Below are positions 6,586 to 17,441 of a DNA stretch of 39,179 bases, piece after piece; position 1 is the stretch's first letter; the number at the start of each line of letters is the position of its first letter. Source of the stretch: a virus. Its lineage: Duplodnaviria > Caudoviricetes. The notes under the pieces were generated by a model. It saw nothing but the letters and a program-made list of their open reading frames with translations. It made no database searches and had not been told where the DNA came from. Where the stretch lies: positions 1 to 39,179 of IMG/VR virus record IMGVR_UViG_3300005758_000027. One strand, 5' to 3'. Position numbers and translations under genes: made by a program.

Positions 6586-8385
6586 ATGGAATTATCAATG
6601 GAGCAGGTAGCAGCCCGCGTTCAATCGCTGCGCTATCGCAACAGTGAGCGTGACTCGCGCAACCTAGACGTCCTTGCTGTCCGTAAGGGTAAGATTTCTG
6701 AAGTCTATCCTGACTTCTTTCCAGATGGCGTTGACGCAAACGTAGTAGCAAACTTTATCGATATTGTCGCCCGCGACTTGTCAGAAGTTATGGCTCCACT
6801 TCCTGCAGTCAACTGTTCAGCAGCAAACGCAGTCAATGACCGCGCCCGTACTTTTGCAGACAAGCGTACTCGCATTGCAGCCAACTACTTCCAGCATTCT
6901 GACTTGGCTGTGCAGATGTACTCAGGTTCGGACTGGTACATCACATTTGGTTTCGTCCCTTTCATTATTGAATTAGACGAAGAAAGCAAGATGCCTCGCA
7001 TCCGCGTAGAAAACCCAGTGGGGGCTTACCCAGAGTTTGACCGCTACGGACGCTGTGTTGCATTTGCAAAACGATATATGATGACACTAGGCGAACTCGT
7101 TACTCAGTTCCCTGAATACGATTCACTATTGCTTGGACCAATGGGTTACAAGCAAGACCTGAATGCACAGGTTGAGTTAATTCGCTACTATGACAAAGAC
7201 CAGTCAATCATCTATATCCCATCAAAAGATAACCTCGTACTATCAAAGGCTAAGAATCCTATTGGCAAGATGATGGTTGTTATCGCACGTAAGCCATCTA
7301 TTGATGGTGAACTACGTGGACAGTTTGATGATGTTCTTGGTATCCAGTTGCTTCGCAACCGCTTTGCTCTTCTTGCTATGGAAGCAGCAGAGAAGTCCGT
7401 ACAGGCTCCTATTGTTCTTCCTTCAGATGTACAGGAACTGCAGTTGGGTGGAGACGCAGTTATTCGTACTGCTAACCCAGCGGGTGTGCGTCGTGTAGAC
7501 CTTAATCTTCCACAGGGTGCGTTCACAGAACAGCAACTACTTAATCAGGAATTGCGCGTTGGCGCACGTTATCCAGAGGGACGTACTGGAAACATCGATG
7601 CCTCTATCGTCACAGGACAAGGCGTACAGGCTCTTATGGGTGCATTTGACACCCAGGTTAAATCAGCACAAGCAATCTTTGCTGCAGCACTTCGTGATGT
7701 AATCACAGTGTGCTTTGAAGTTGATGAGAAAATTTACCCAGAAGAGAAGACCATTCGTGGTGTCGACGCTGGTTCACCGTACGAGATTACGTACAAGCCT
7801 TCTAAGGACATCAAGGGTGACTACTCAGCCGATGTTCGTTACGGAATGCTTGCGGGACTTAACCCTGCACAGGGTCTTATCTTTATGCTACAAGCACTTG
7901 GTGGCGGTCTTATCTCTAAGGATATGGCTATGCGTGAACTTCCATTCACAGTTAACGTCACACAAGAACTAGAAAAAATTGAAATCGAGAAGATGAGAGA
8001 TTCTCTTCTTGGTTCCATTACTGCCTATACACAAGCCATTCCACAGATGGCTGCATCTGGCGGAGATGCTTCAGAGGTAGTCCGTAAAATTGCTGCGGTT
8101 ATCAAAGCACGCCAAAAGGGACAGGCGCTTGAGGATGCGATTGAAGCAACCTTTGCTCCACAGCAACAAGTTCCTCCTGCTGGGGAAGCACCTATGGTTG
8201 AGCAACCGTCCCCTGCTCCCGCCGCTGCTCCAGCAGGAGGCGCTCTTCCACCTGAGGCAGCACCACAAGGTATGCCAGGTGAAGCGCCAGCAATTCAGGC
8301 ACGTCCTGATATGCAAACACTTATTTCAGCACTTACATCAAGCGGTAAAGGCTCAGCAAGAGTTTCTACAACAACCAAGAGATAG
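6586..8385 (+). CDS. Portal (head-tail connector) protein
   Basis: ~600 aa directly after the terminase, with a Pro/Ala-rich C-terminal tail. Start MELSMEQ after an AGGA RBS. Confidence 0.85.
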   Translation: MELSMEQVAARVQSLRYRNSERDSRNLDVLAVRKGKISEVYPDFFPDGVDANVVANFIDIVARDLSEVMAPLPAVNCSAANAVNDRARTFADKRTRIAANYFQHSDLAVQMYSGSDWYITFGFVPFIIELDEESKMPRIRVENPVGAYPEFDRYGRCVAFAKRYMMTLGELVTQFPEYDSLLLGPMGYKQDLNAQVELIRYYDKDQSIIYIPSKDNLVLSKAKNPIGKMMVVIARKPSIDGELRGQFDDVLGIQLLRNRFALLAMEAAEKSVQAPIVLPSDVQELQLGGDAVIRTANPAGVRRVDLNLPQGAFTEQQLLNQELRVGARYPEGRTGNIDASIVTGQGVQALMGAFDTQVKSAQAIFAAALRDVITVCFEVDEKIYPEEKTIRGVDAGSPYEITYKPSKDIKGDYSADVRYGMLAGLNPAQGLIFMLQALGGGLISKDMAMRELPFTVNVTQELEKIEIEKMRDSLLGSITAYTQAIPQMAASGGDASEVVRKIAAVIKARQKGQALEDAIEATFAPQQQVPPAGEAPMVEQPSPAPAAAPAGGALPPEAAPQGMPGEAPAIQARPDMQTLISALTSSGKGSARVSTTTKR

Positions 8386-8399
8386 CAAAGTAGGGGACA

Positions 8400-8942
8400 A
8401 TGACAACGATTATCGGATTGGAATACGACGATAGTTGCGTCTTGGTTGCTGACAGCCAAACAACTGATGACAGTGGTTACATTTATAACCACCCTCAAGT
8501 TAAAAAGATTGCAGAAGTCAACGGCTATTTGATTGCAGGCTCAGGTGAGGTATTACCTTGCGATGTAGCACAACATATGTGGGACCCACCAACTCCCACT
8601 AAGGCTGAGAAAAAAGATTTATATCACTTTATGATTGCAAAGGCTATGCCTTCACTACGTAAAGTGTTATTAGCAAATGGCTTTAACTTTGATGAAGTAA
8701 AAACTGAACAAAGATTTCAGTTCCTTATCGCACTATGCGGTGAGATATTTGATATTGATGATTCGCTAGGTGTAAGCCGAAACGCATCTAATGTATACGC
8801 TGCAGGCAGCGGTGCGCCATACGCACTAGGAGCACTGCACGCAGGCGCAGATGCTTATGAGGCAATGGAGATTGCATCTAAATTAACTGCGTTTACCGCA
8901 GGTCCTTATCTATCCAAGACACAATTCAAACATTATAAGTAG
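8400..8942 (+). CDS. Ntn-hydrolase (HslV/proteasome beta-like) threonine peptidase
   Basis: N-terminal M-TTIIG, ADSQ, K(K)I and AAGSG..YALGAL motifs. Confidence 0.85.
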   Translation: MTTIIGLEYDDSCVLVADSQTTDDSGYIYNHPQVKKIAEVNGYLIAGSGEVLPCDVAQHMWDPPTPTKAEKKDLYHFMIAKAMPSLRKVLLANGFNFDEVKTEQRFQFLIALCGEIFDIDDSLGVSRNASNVYAAGSGAPYALGALHAGADAYEAMEIASKLTAFTAGPYLSKTQFKHYK

Positions 8943-8950
8943 GAGGCACC

Positions 8951-9412
8951 GTGACTACTGCACCAATCGAAAATCGTGGCGGGTATCAAGTTACAGCACC
9001 TCAGAACAATACTGGTGTTTCTGCTGTAGGCGGAGCAGGCTCCGCTGATGGCGTACCAAACATTGACTACACAGGTTTTGCATACGGACAGAACAAGGCA
9101 GTAAACGAAGCAGCAAATTCAGGACTTGCAATGGGACAGCAAACTCCTACTACTGGTGGTGCACCTATTGCGCTACCTGAAGTAACTCCAATTACCGCTC
9201 CTTCTTCAACACCTGAGCGTCCTATTACATACGGTATGCCATTTGGTGATGGTGCTGGCACAGAAGTGAACCCACTTCCTCAGGGTTTAACTCGCTCACA
9301 AGACCCATCACGTCAGATTATTCGTGCTATGTACCAGCAAGACCCACGCAATGAGGACCTTCGTGCCATTGTAGAAACAATGGACTTTGAAGAACAACAG
9401 ATGGTGCAGTAG
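8951..9412 (+). CDS. Putative virion/ejection protein
   Basis: GTG start with AGGAGG RBS; Gly/Pro-rich; lies in the structural operon. Confidence 0.65.
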   Translation: MTTAPIENRGGYQVTAPQNNTGVSAVGGAGSADGVPNIDYTGFAYGQNKAVNEAANSGLAMGQQTPTTGGAPIALPEVTPITAPSSTPERPITYGMPFGDGAGTEVNPLPQGLTRSQDPSRQIIRAMYQQDPRNEDLRAIVETMDFEEQQMVQ

Positions 9413-12400
9413 TGGCTGACCCTAAAAAACTTACAGGTATACTTACACAGGCTCAAATTGATGCTGAAGCAGTTTATGCTGCCGCTGCAGCAGTTAACCC
9501 TTATCAGGCTGAACTGATTAAGAAGAACGCACAGGGCAACATTATGTCACCTGGCGTGCTTCAATCATTGTCTAAACTCGGCGTAGATGCTAAGTCTGGT
9601 GTTGCATCTAGCATTGCAAACATTGATGCTGCTACACGTGAACAGCGCACTGCAAATCAAAAAGACATTGCAACACAGCGCGAAACAGAAAAGTTTAAGG
9701 AAACTGGCAGAGGGCAACTTTGGCAAACTGTTAAAGGTTTAGTTCGTGGTGCTACTACAGTTCTTGGCACTACGTTTAACTGGATGAATGCTGGCTATCG
9801 TTCTGGTTCTGCCAGTCTTACACAGGCTGCACAAAACTTTGGTATCTCAGCATCCGCAAAAGGTCTAGGTGTTGAATCAGCACCAGTATCAAAGAAACCA
9901 ATTCCTAGCGCATTTGAACAAACTGTTGCTGGTCAAGTAATTCTTAAGTCTATTGAAGACGCTAAGAAGGGGAAGTTTCCTGACATCCAAATGGGTGAGG
10001 GGTTCTTTCCTTCAGAAGAAGTCGGTGTAGGACACAAAGCGCGTCAAGCGTCATTGAGTGCAGCAAAGATTGCTATCCGTAACTCTGACGGCAAGATTAT
10101 CGGCTACCGTCCTCGCACACTTCTTGGTGATACATACTCAAATCTTTTTACTCTTGGTAATCCAGAGTCACGAGCAGGTGCAAATATTGCCCTAGTAGCA
10201 GATATTGCTGGCTCATTTTTATTTGACCCAGGCTTGTCTCGTGCTAAGGACATCAAAGAACTTCGCAAGTTAGCACAACAACAGCAAGCAGAAGGCGCTC
10301 TCAAGGCTGCTGCTGAGACTATGGACCGTCTCAATAAACTTGAAGAGGCTGAAAAGGCTGCAACAGAAGCCGCTAATTTACTACGTAAACAGTCTGATGA
10401 ACTTAAGAAGTTTGATATTGACAGTGCAGCAAAGACAGCAGCCGATGCTCGCGCTGCAGCATCTGGCAAAGCAGAAGATACAATCAAGGCTTCAGTTAGC
10501 GTGCGTGTAGCACAGGCTAGACTTGATGAAATATCTGCATCTAAGGCTCAACTTATTGAAAAAGCCAACGCTGCAACAGAATCACGTAAGGCTTTAGAGC
10601 AAGCATATAAGGCTCCTAAGGTTGTTGAGCGCACAGAGAACGCTTTGATTAAGCAGAACAAGCAACTGCAACAAATCAAGCAAGAAATTTCTGATGCTGT
10701 AGCAAAGGGTCGTGTACCAATGTACACAGCAGATGACCTAGATAACCTACAGGCATCAATCAAATCGTTAGAGGACCAGTTATCTGCAGCCAAGGCTGCG
10801 TTACCAGAGAATCCAGTAACACCTGATGCAATCCTTGCAGCAAAAGAACTTGAGAAAAAGTCAAAGGCTTTTGTTAAGGAAGCAAATGAGGCTGAAAAGT
10901 TTTCTATCAAGCAGGTCGCAGAGCGTGAGCGTACCCAGCGCATAATGGAAGCAGCACGTGAGCGTGCTATGAGAGATACAGTTAAGGCTAAGAAGTCTGA
11001 ACGTAGCCTTTCTGAAAAACTTTCTGATGCAACATTAAGTCTCAAGGACAAGCGTAAGGCTTGGGAGATTGAAGTACAACGTCTTGCTAATATTAACCAG
11101 ACACTTGAGCGTCCAGAGTTTGCCTATCAGCGTATCGCTGAGTTCTTAACCAGTGGTCACGGAACTGTTGCAGTCGACAAACTCGTTGAGATGACAGACT
11201 GGAAGCAAATCTGGCGTAAGGCTGATGGTCGCATCACTCACGATGTAGCCAAGGCTTTGGCTGATGCTAAAACACAAGATGATGTTGTCGATGCTCTAGC
11301 ACCTTATCTACTTAAGGGTGACATTCAGGCTGGCGCATTAAAGCCAGGCATTCTTTCTCGTGCTGGAATCAAGGCTACAGAGCGTACAAAGTTTGCAATG
11401 CCAATGGTTCGTACACTTCAGGGCGTAGGGGCACGAGTTCAGTCTCGCTTTGGGGAACACGGTAAAGTCGCAGCACTCTTTGAGGGCTTCTTGGCTGGAG
11501 CAAAGGCTCCCATTACTATCGCTAAGCCATTCGTACAGCGTGGTTATCAGACCAAGGTTAAGGCTGGCTCGATTGTAAACGTACACGATAGAGAAGAACT
11601 TCTACGTGCAACAGAAGATTTCGGTGTAGCAGCCAAACTTGACAGAAAAGTTCTTGACGAAATCATTGATGAGATTGCAGATGCTGCAACTCACTCAGTT
11701 GCTGGCTATGCAGCCTCAGTTAAGTTAATGAAGGCAGTCTTTAACCAGTACTCTGACAAGATTCCTGCACATATGAAGGATACTTTTCAAAAGTTTACGA
11801 CCTCATTTGAGTCTTCAGCGGAGCAGATGTCTTCCTATTGGGCTAAGCGCCATATTGCTGGGGCAGAACTTAAGTACATAAACCTTAAAGGTGAAAGCGT
11901 AGTCCTTCCTGGACCACACCTATCCTCTGAATTACTCAACTCAACAGTTTATTTCCCGCCCGTTTCTGAGTTACTACGCGTAACCAGTAAGTTGGCTAAG
12001 TATAAGACACTGGCTAAGGGTGAGGAAATCGGTGATTTGCTTATCGGAAACTTCTGGAAGAAAATCCAGTTGGTTCGCCCAGCATACATCATCCGTAACA
12101 TTGCAGAAGAGCAGATTCGTGTAACCGCTCTAGGTCACATCTCATTCTTTAATAACCCAGGTATGGCTTTGGCTATGTGGCTTGGACGTGAAGACGGAAA
12201 GACTTGGCGCAGAGTTCTAAATAGTTTCGATAACTATCGCCACACAGTCTTTGATGAGACATTCTCGACTGGTGATGATGCTGTAGATATTCTCAATGAG
12301 ACAGCAGCAATGCGTGCTAAGAACTCATATGTAGATATGATGAACTCAGGCAGAGGCGGAGCCTTTGATGAGCGCGACTTTAAGGTCCTACAGTTTAAGA

Positions 12401-14856
12401 ATGTTGGAGCCGTAGGCTTTGGACATAAGAGATTCTTTGATGGCATTGCAAATCAATTGCGTATGCTCAACTCAGATATATTTGCTCGTGTTGTAGCAGG
12501 CTTTGATACTCCACAGATTAAGGCAGCACTGGCTAAAGGTCAGTTCCGCCAGGATGCAGTAGTAGATTACTTCCTATATGGTCCTGGTCGCAAGGATTTA
12601 GACGCATTCGCTGAGTCAACACCAGATAAGTTTAAGGCGTTTATCAAGACTCCTGAAGGACTTAAGAATTATCTATACACTGGCAAGAACCCAAAGGGTG
12701 AAGATATATCTTTGCTTGCTCGTATCACAGAAACCACAGGTGGCAATAAGTCACTTATGGAAATAGTGGCTAGAGGCAAGACTTCTGTTGGTAGTATGGA
12801 GTTCAGAATCCCACGTGCAACCGATGAGGCTATCAATTCGATAACCAACTCCAAGCAAATGCGTGGTGGCAAGAAGGCTCTGCTAGAAGAACAGGCTAAG
12901 TTTGCTAGAAACCTACGAGACACATTCTCAAAGGCTGGAAATTGGGACGATGTTCTAGTAAATGTTCCATCTAAGAATTTGGCTTACGTCGAATCTGGTA
13001 TGGATAAGCGCACTTTTGTAGATTGGTTCTTTGACAAGGCTACAGAATTTGAAAAGAATTCTACTTTTGGTCCAGAGTACCGTCAGGCTTACTGGGATGC
13101 TATCAATCGCATAGCGAAAACCCTTGACGCTAACGCTAAGGCTCAACTTCTCAAGACAGCAGAGAACTCTTTGAACCCACTCCAGAAGGCTGGAGTCAAT
13201 GTCGGTACAAAGCACCCTGTATGGAACGCATTCCGTGCAGCAGATGGCAAGGGTCCACTATCTCTTGAAGATGCCCACGTATATGCAGACACTTATGCAC
13301 GTAATCAGGTTAAGGGTCTGTTCTACAATGCACAAGAGAAGCGCCTTATCTTCCATCAACTACGTTTGATTGCGCCGTTCGCAGCAGCCTGGGAGAACAC
13401 CCTACGTAAGTGGGGCGAACTTGGTACCGAGAACGTCAGCAATGTATATAAGGCTGTCAAAGCCCTTGAATGGGCACAAAAGCCAGAGTCATCATCAATT
13501 TACTTGATGACAGACTCAGAGGATTACTACGACCCTAACCAGGGATTCTTCTTTACCAACCCTGATTCTGGTCAGCGTCAATTCTTTGTACCATTTGCTG
13601 GAACTGTTATGGCTAAGTTGGCTAAGACTATGACAGGTGCTAACTATTCAGGCGCACCTATTGCATTCTCTGCTAACCCAATGTCATTTAACTTCGCCTT
13701 TGGTGCAGGTACATTGCTTCCAGGTATTGGTCCTGGTGTAACCCTGCCAATCAGCGCACTTGCTACATTCAACAATAACTTTATTGACAATATGCCAATG
13801 GGTATCCAGAAGTGGTTATTCCCATTCGGACGTGCAGACTTTACTGGTGGATTGCAGACAGCAATTCTTCCTGGTAACTGGAATAAGATTATCGGTGGAA
13901 TCACTGGTATGGAGCAGACATATGCTTCCAACTTCAAGCCAGTAATGAACTATCTTGCATCAGGTGGTAACTATAACCTAGATAATCCTGATGACCAAGC
14001 ACGTCTTGTACGCGATACAGATACATTCTCTCGCTGGGAATCTATTATGCGCGGCGTTATTGGTCTTGTATCTCCTATGGGTCTACTCCAGAATGGTCTT
14101 GCCAAGGACAAGGATGGAGATACAACCCTCCAGACTGCACTATACGAGGACTTCCAAACCATCTATCAGAACAATGATGGCGACTGGAACAAGTCTTGGT
14201 ATGACTTCTTGAACCTATACGGTCCATCACAAGCATTTGCACTTATCACAGCAAGTGCTGGCAATGGTCCATCTAACTGGGATTCATATAACTTTGTGGT
14301 ATCTAACCCTGACGTAGCATCTAAGTACAAAGATGTCTGGGGTTATGTGATGCCAGGTGGTGGTTTATCTACAGAAATGTACCAGTGGAATCTAGTCCAC
14401 GATACAAAGAAGAAGTTAACTCCACAAGAGATTCTTGACAAGGTTAATAACCAGCGTTTCTACGCTGCACGTGATGCTCTTATGACTCGTGTTGACTCAG
14501 GTGAACTGGATAAGAACCAGTATTCCGAGGCTCTAAGTTACCTAAAGGAATCTATGGGCGGTGGTCCAGTAGTTGAGTTCGACCCTAACAAGCGTGCTCG
14601 AATCATCGACCAACTAGAGAACCTCACACAAGACGAACGCTTCGTAGACCTACCTTCAGTTGTGGCACTACGTGACTATATGGCTTTACGCCAGGTAGCA
14701 CTAAACAACCTAGGCAAGAAGAAGTTTACTGGGGCAAAGTCTGAACAAGCAGAACGTGACTGGCTTGCAGCCCAAGCAGAATGGGTTATCGAAGCAAATC
14801 CAGATTTTCAGAAGATGTTCTATGCATTCTTCGCAAACGAATTGGAAGGTAAGTAA
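9412..14856 (+). CDS. Large putative internal virion (ejection) protein, 1814 aa
   Basis: Size, coiled-coil segment and position. The function is inferred. Confidence 0.65.
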   Translation: MADPKKLTGILTQAQIDAEAVYAAAAAVNPYQAELIKKNAQGNIMSPGVLQSLSKLGVDAKSGVASSIANIDAATREQRTANQKDIATQRETEKFKETGRGQLWQTVKGLVRGATTVLGTTFNWMNAGYRSGSASLTQAAQNFGISASAKGLGVESAPVSKKPIPSAFEQTVAGQVILKSIEDAKKGKFPDIQMGEGFFPSEEVGVGHKARQASLSAAKIAIRNSDGKIIGYRPRTLLGDTYSNLFTLGNPESRAGANIALVADIAGSFLFDPGLSRAKDIKELRKLAQQQQAEGALKAAAETMDRLNKLEEAEKAATEAANLLRKQSDELKKFDIDSAAKTAADARAAASGKAEDTIKASVSVRVAQARLDEISASKAQLIEKANAATESRKALEQAYKAPKVVERTENALIKQNKQLQQIKQEISDAVAKGRVPMYTADDLDNLQASIKSLEDQLSAAKAALPENPVTPDAILAAKELEKKSKAFVKEANEAEKFSIKQVAERERTQRIMEAARERAMRDTVKAKKSERSLSEKLSDATLSLKDKRKAWEIEVQRLANINQTLERPEFAYQRIAEFLTSGHGTVAVDKLVEMTDWKQIWRKADGRITHDVAKALADAKTQDDVVDALAPYLLKGDIQAGALKPGILSRAGIKATERTKFAMPMVRTLQGVGARVQSRFGEHGKVAALFEGFLAGAKAPITIAKPFVQRGYQTKVKAGSIVNVHDREELLRATEDFGVAAKLDRKVLDEIIDEIADAATHSVAGYAASVKLMKAVFNQYSDKIPAHMKDTFQKFTTSFESSAEQMSSYWAKRHIAGAELKYINLKGESVVLPGPHLSSELLNSTVYFPPVSELLRVTSKLAKYKTLAKGEEIGDLLIGNFWKKIQLVRPAYIIRNIAEEQIRVTALGHISFFNNPGMALAMWLGREDGKTWRRVLNSFDNYRHTVFDETFSTGDDAVDILNETAAMRAKNSYVDMMNSGRGGAFDERDFKVLQFKNVGAVGFGHKRFFDGIANQLRMLNSDIFARVVAGFDTPQIKAALAKGQFRQDAVVDYFLYGPGRKDLDAFAESTPDKFKAFIKTPEGLKNYLYTGKNPKGEDISLLARITETTGGNKSLMEIVARGKTSVGSMEFRIPRATDEAINSITNSKQMRGGKKALLEEQAKFARNLRDTFSKAGNWDDVLVNVPSKNLAYVESGMDKRTFVDWFFDKATEFEKNSTFGPEYRQAYWDAINRIAKTLDANAKAQLLKTAENSLNPLQKAGVNVGTKHPVWNAFRAADGKGPLSLEDAHVYADTYARNQVKGLFYNAQEKRLIFHQLRLIAPFAAAWENTLRKWGELGTENVSNVYKAVKALEWAQKPESSSIYLMTDSEDYYDPNQGFFFTNPDSGQRQFFVPFAGTVMAKLAKTMTGANYSGAPIAFSANPMSFNFAFGAGTLLPGIGPGVTLPISALATFNNNFIDNMPMGIQKWLFPFGRADFTGGLQTAILPGNWNKIIGGITGMEQTYASNFKPVMNYLASGGNYNLDNPDDQARLVRDTDTFSRWESIMRGVIGLVSPMGLLQNGLAKDKDGDTTLQTALYEDFQTIYQNNDGDWNKSWYDFLNLYGPSQAFALITASAGNGPSNWDSYNFVVSNPDVASKYKDVWGYVMPGGGLSTEMYQWNLVHDTKKKLTPQEILDKVNNQRFYAARDALMTRVDSGELDKNQYSEALSYLKESMGGGPVVEFDPNKRARIIDQLENLTQDERFVDLPSVVALRDYMALRQVALNNLGKKKFTGAKSEQAERDWLAAQAEWVIEANPDFQKMFYAFFANELEGK

Positions 14857-16016
14857 TGGGTTCACCACAGAATACACAGGCAACCCCAACTAATCCAGTG
14901 CCTGGAACTTTATCTCCAAGAGCGCAGGAAGAAATTGCAGCCCGTGCAGGTAAGACAGCGGCTGGCTCGTCTACTACATCCAAAGGGATTATTACTGGGG
15001 TATCACGTGGTCAAGATGCAGAAGGAAAGCCAATCACTGGTGTAATCTACAAGCCAGGCTTCGAGCAGTCTTATATTAAGAACCTTCCACCTCAGGCGCG
15101 TATCGCTTTGCAGAAGAGAATGTTCGCAGCAAAACTATATCCAGAGAAGTTTACTCCTACATTCGATGGTATGGTCACACCAGAGGACTTTACTGCTGTC
15201 GCTAAACTCGTTGCAGTTGGCGAGCAAAAAGGTCTTGGCGATATTAATGCTGTACTTGATTTGGCTAAGACTGACAAGAAGGTTGCTTCTTATCTTAAGA
15301 CTGGTGGTTATGCTAAGACAGGTCCAGTCCTTACAGACACTACAGAGGCTAAGTCTAATCTTAATGACTTCTTCCTTAACCTATTCAATGAGAAGCCTAG
15401 TGCTGCAGAAGTAAAGGCTTATCAGAACGCTCTTAATGCTAGAGAGAAGACCGTCAAGGGCGGTATGACAGCCCAAGAACGCGAAGATATTATTATGTCT
15501 ATCGCTAACAAGCGTCTATCTAACCTTACTGCTAGTGCCCTAAAGGGCGACGTTCTTGCTGCAGATAAGTTGGATGAAGGTCAACTAGGTAAGAGAGTTC
15601 GTGAGATTCGTGCACAGTACGAAGAGAATGGAATCCCTGTCAGCGATAGGACTGTATACAACCTAGCAGGTAAGTCATTCCGTAGCCCTGAGGCTTGGGA
15701 TACTATTCAAGATGATATTAATCGCAGTGCTGCTATGCAGTGGGGTAAGGCTGCAGAGGGATTAAAGCCTGGTCAGACCGTACGTGCCCGCATCCAACCA
15801 TATATCACAATACGTTCACAGATTCGTGGTATCCCTGAAGACCAGATTAAGACACAGGATATGACAGACATTATGAATCCTGATGGCACACTAAAGAATG
15901 TCAATGATTACAAGGCTATTCAGTATAAGAGCGATGACTACTTGGGTAGTGATACATACAAGAACGTCGTACTCAATGACACCCGAACCGTACTACGCAA
16001 CTTTGGAGTGATGTAA
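14856..16016 (+). CDS. Putative internal virion protein
   Basis: TAATG-coupled helical protein in the structural operon. Confidence 0.6.
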   Translation: MGSPQNTQATPTNPVPGTLSPRAQEEIAARAGKTAAGSSTTSKGIITGVSRGQDAEGKPITGVIYKPGFEQSYIKNLPPQARIALQKRMFAAKLYPEKFTPTFDGMVTPEDFTAVAKLVAVGEQKGLGDINAVLDLAKTDKKVASYLKTGGYAKTGPVLTDTTEAKSNLNDFFLNLFNEKPSAAEVKAYQNALNAREKTVKGGMTAQEREDIIMSIANKRLSNLTASALKGDVLAADKLDEGQLGKRVREIRAQYEENGIPVSDRTVYNLAGKSFRSPEAWDTIQDDINRSAAMQWGKAAEGLKPGQTVRARIQPYITIRSQIRGIPEDQIKTQDMTDIMNPDGTLKNVNDYKAIQYKSDDYLGSDTYKNVVLNDTRTVLRNFGVM

Positions 16017-16018
16017 TA

Positions 16019-17317
16019 ATGGCGATAAAGTATGAGTCTGGCGGTTCTGGTAAAAAATTATCTGCAGCAGAGATAGCAGCACAAGTTGCCGCAGCAAAGG
16101 CTGCTGCTGGTGTGCCCCTAAATACCACAATGAAACCAACAGTAACTATTGGTGGAGCACCAGCGGGATATGCACCAGTAGAAAGTATGCAACCTACGGT
16201 CACAATTGGTGGCGCACCTGCAGGATATACAGCGACTACAACTCCTAACTACATAACAGGAGTAGGAGTACAGGGAACTCCAGCATACGTTGAGCCAGCA
16301 AAGCCTAACTTTATTACTGGTCAGGGAACTGGTGCGCCAGCACCTGCACCTACACCCGTACCTTCTGGGAAAACAGTTGTCAATCGTGTAGTTAATCCAG
16401 ATGGAAGTGTCACTATTACCTACAGTGATGGTTCATCTGAGACTCTTGGCGGTCCAGTAAAGGGCAGCAAGAGTTCATCGTATGATGCAGCAAGCGACAC
16501 AATCCTTGCACAGACTCTTTCATCATATGGACTAGAAGGAGTAGCGGCAACTATCGCTAAGATTCGTTCTGAATATCCAGAGATTTCTAGCGACCAATTG
16601 CTCACTCTTCTTAAGAATGATTCACGTTACAACGCTGAATACAATAAGCGTTTCGCTGGCAATGCTAAGTTAAAAGCAGCAGGATTACCTACCCTTGATG
16701 ATGCTACATATCTCAAGGCTGAGGATGAATACAGGAAGATTTTTACAGCATACGGTGCTACAACACTAGCCAACCGCGATTACTATGCAACCCTTATCGG
16801 TAATCGTATGGACGCAGTAGATGTTACTGACCGTATGAATCAGGCTTATGCTCGCCTACAGGCAGCACCAGAAATCAAGAAGGCTTTCCAAACATTTTAT
16901 TCTGCAGCAACAGAGGGCGACATCCTCGCTGCAATCCTAGACCCATCAACACAGTTGCCTGTACTTCAGAAGAAGGTAGCAGCAGCAGAGATTGGTGGAG
17001 CAGCACTTGCTCAGAACCTACGCACAAGCCTAGCAACTGCAACAGAACTTGTTGGTCTTGGTGTCACACAGGCTCAAGCACAGGCTGGATACTCAACAAT
17101 TGCACAGGCACTTCCTACTTATGAGAAGTTCCTTGAGATGCGTACTGGTCAAGATGTAGAGACTGCAGATGCACAAGCACTCCTCGAAGAATCAAAACTC
17201 AAGAGGAAGGCTAGGGCTATACAGGAAGAGCAGATGGTAGTCGGAGAAGAGATTGGTCGATTCTCTGGTTCTACTGGACGCCTAGCATCTAAGAGTAGAG
17301 CGCAAGGCTTAATCTAA
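16019..17317 (+). CDS. Putative internal virion protein
   Basis: Ala-rich; duplicated PTVTIGGAPAGY repeat near the N-terminus. Confidence 0.6.
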   Translation: MAIKYESGGSGKKLSAAEIAAQVAAAKAAAGVPLNTTMKPTVTIGGAPAGYAPVESMQPTVTIGGAPAGYTATTTPNYITGVGVQGTPAYVEPAKPNFITGQGTGAPAPAPTPVPSGKTVVNRVVNPDGSVTITYSDGSSETLGGPVKGSKSSSYDAASDTILAQTLSSYGLEGVAATIAKIRSEYPEISSDQLLTLLKNDSRYNAEYNKRFAGNAKLKAAGLPTLDDATYLKAEDEYRKIFTAYGATTLANRDYYATLIGNRMDAVDVTDRMNQAYARLQAAPEIKKAFQTFYSAATEGDILAAILDPSTQLPVLQKKVAAAEIGGAALAQNLRTSLATATELVGLGVTQAQAQAGYSTIAQALPTYEKFLEMRTGQDVETADAQALLEESKLKRKARAIQEEQMVVGEEIGRFSGSTGRLASKSRAQGLI

Positions 17318-17326
17318 AACAGAATC

Positions 17327-17409
17327 CTGAACGGACCGACCAGCCCCGTCAGTGTAACAGACTGGTAGCAAGAGCCAGAACAATTCCCCGATTGTCAACT
17401 GTGGCTTGC
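17327..17409 (+). ncRNA. Structured leader (pseudoknot plus hairpin) upstream of scaffold gene
   Basis: CTG-A-ACGG/CCGTCAG stem; loop ACCAG pairs with CTGGT 17362-17366; second hairpin at 17368-17409. Confidence 0.4.
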
Positions 17410-17441
17410 GAACTAACTAATAGAGAAGGGTGGCAGTTGCT

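Noticed and set aside
17327-17409. HDV-like or hammerhead ribozyme
   Set aside because: No nested P3/P1.1 arrangement and no CUGAUGA/GAAA core could be fitted.
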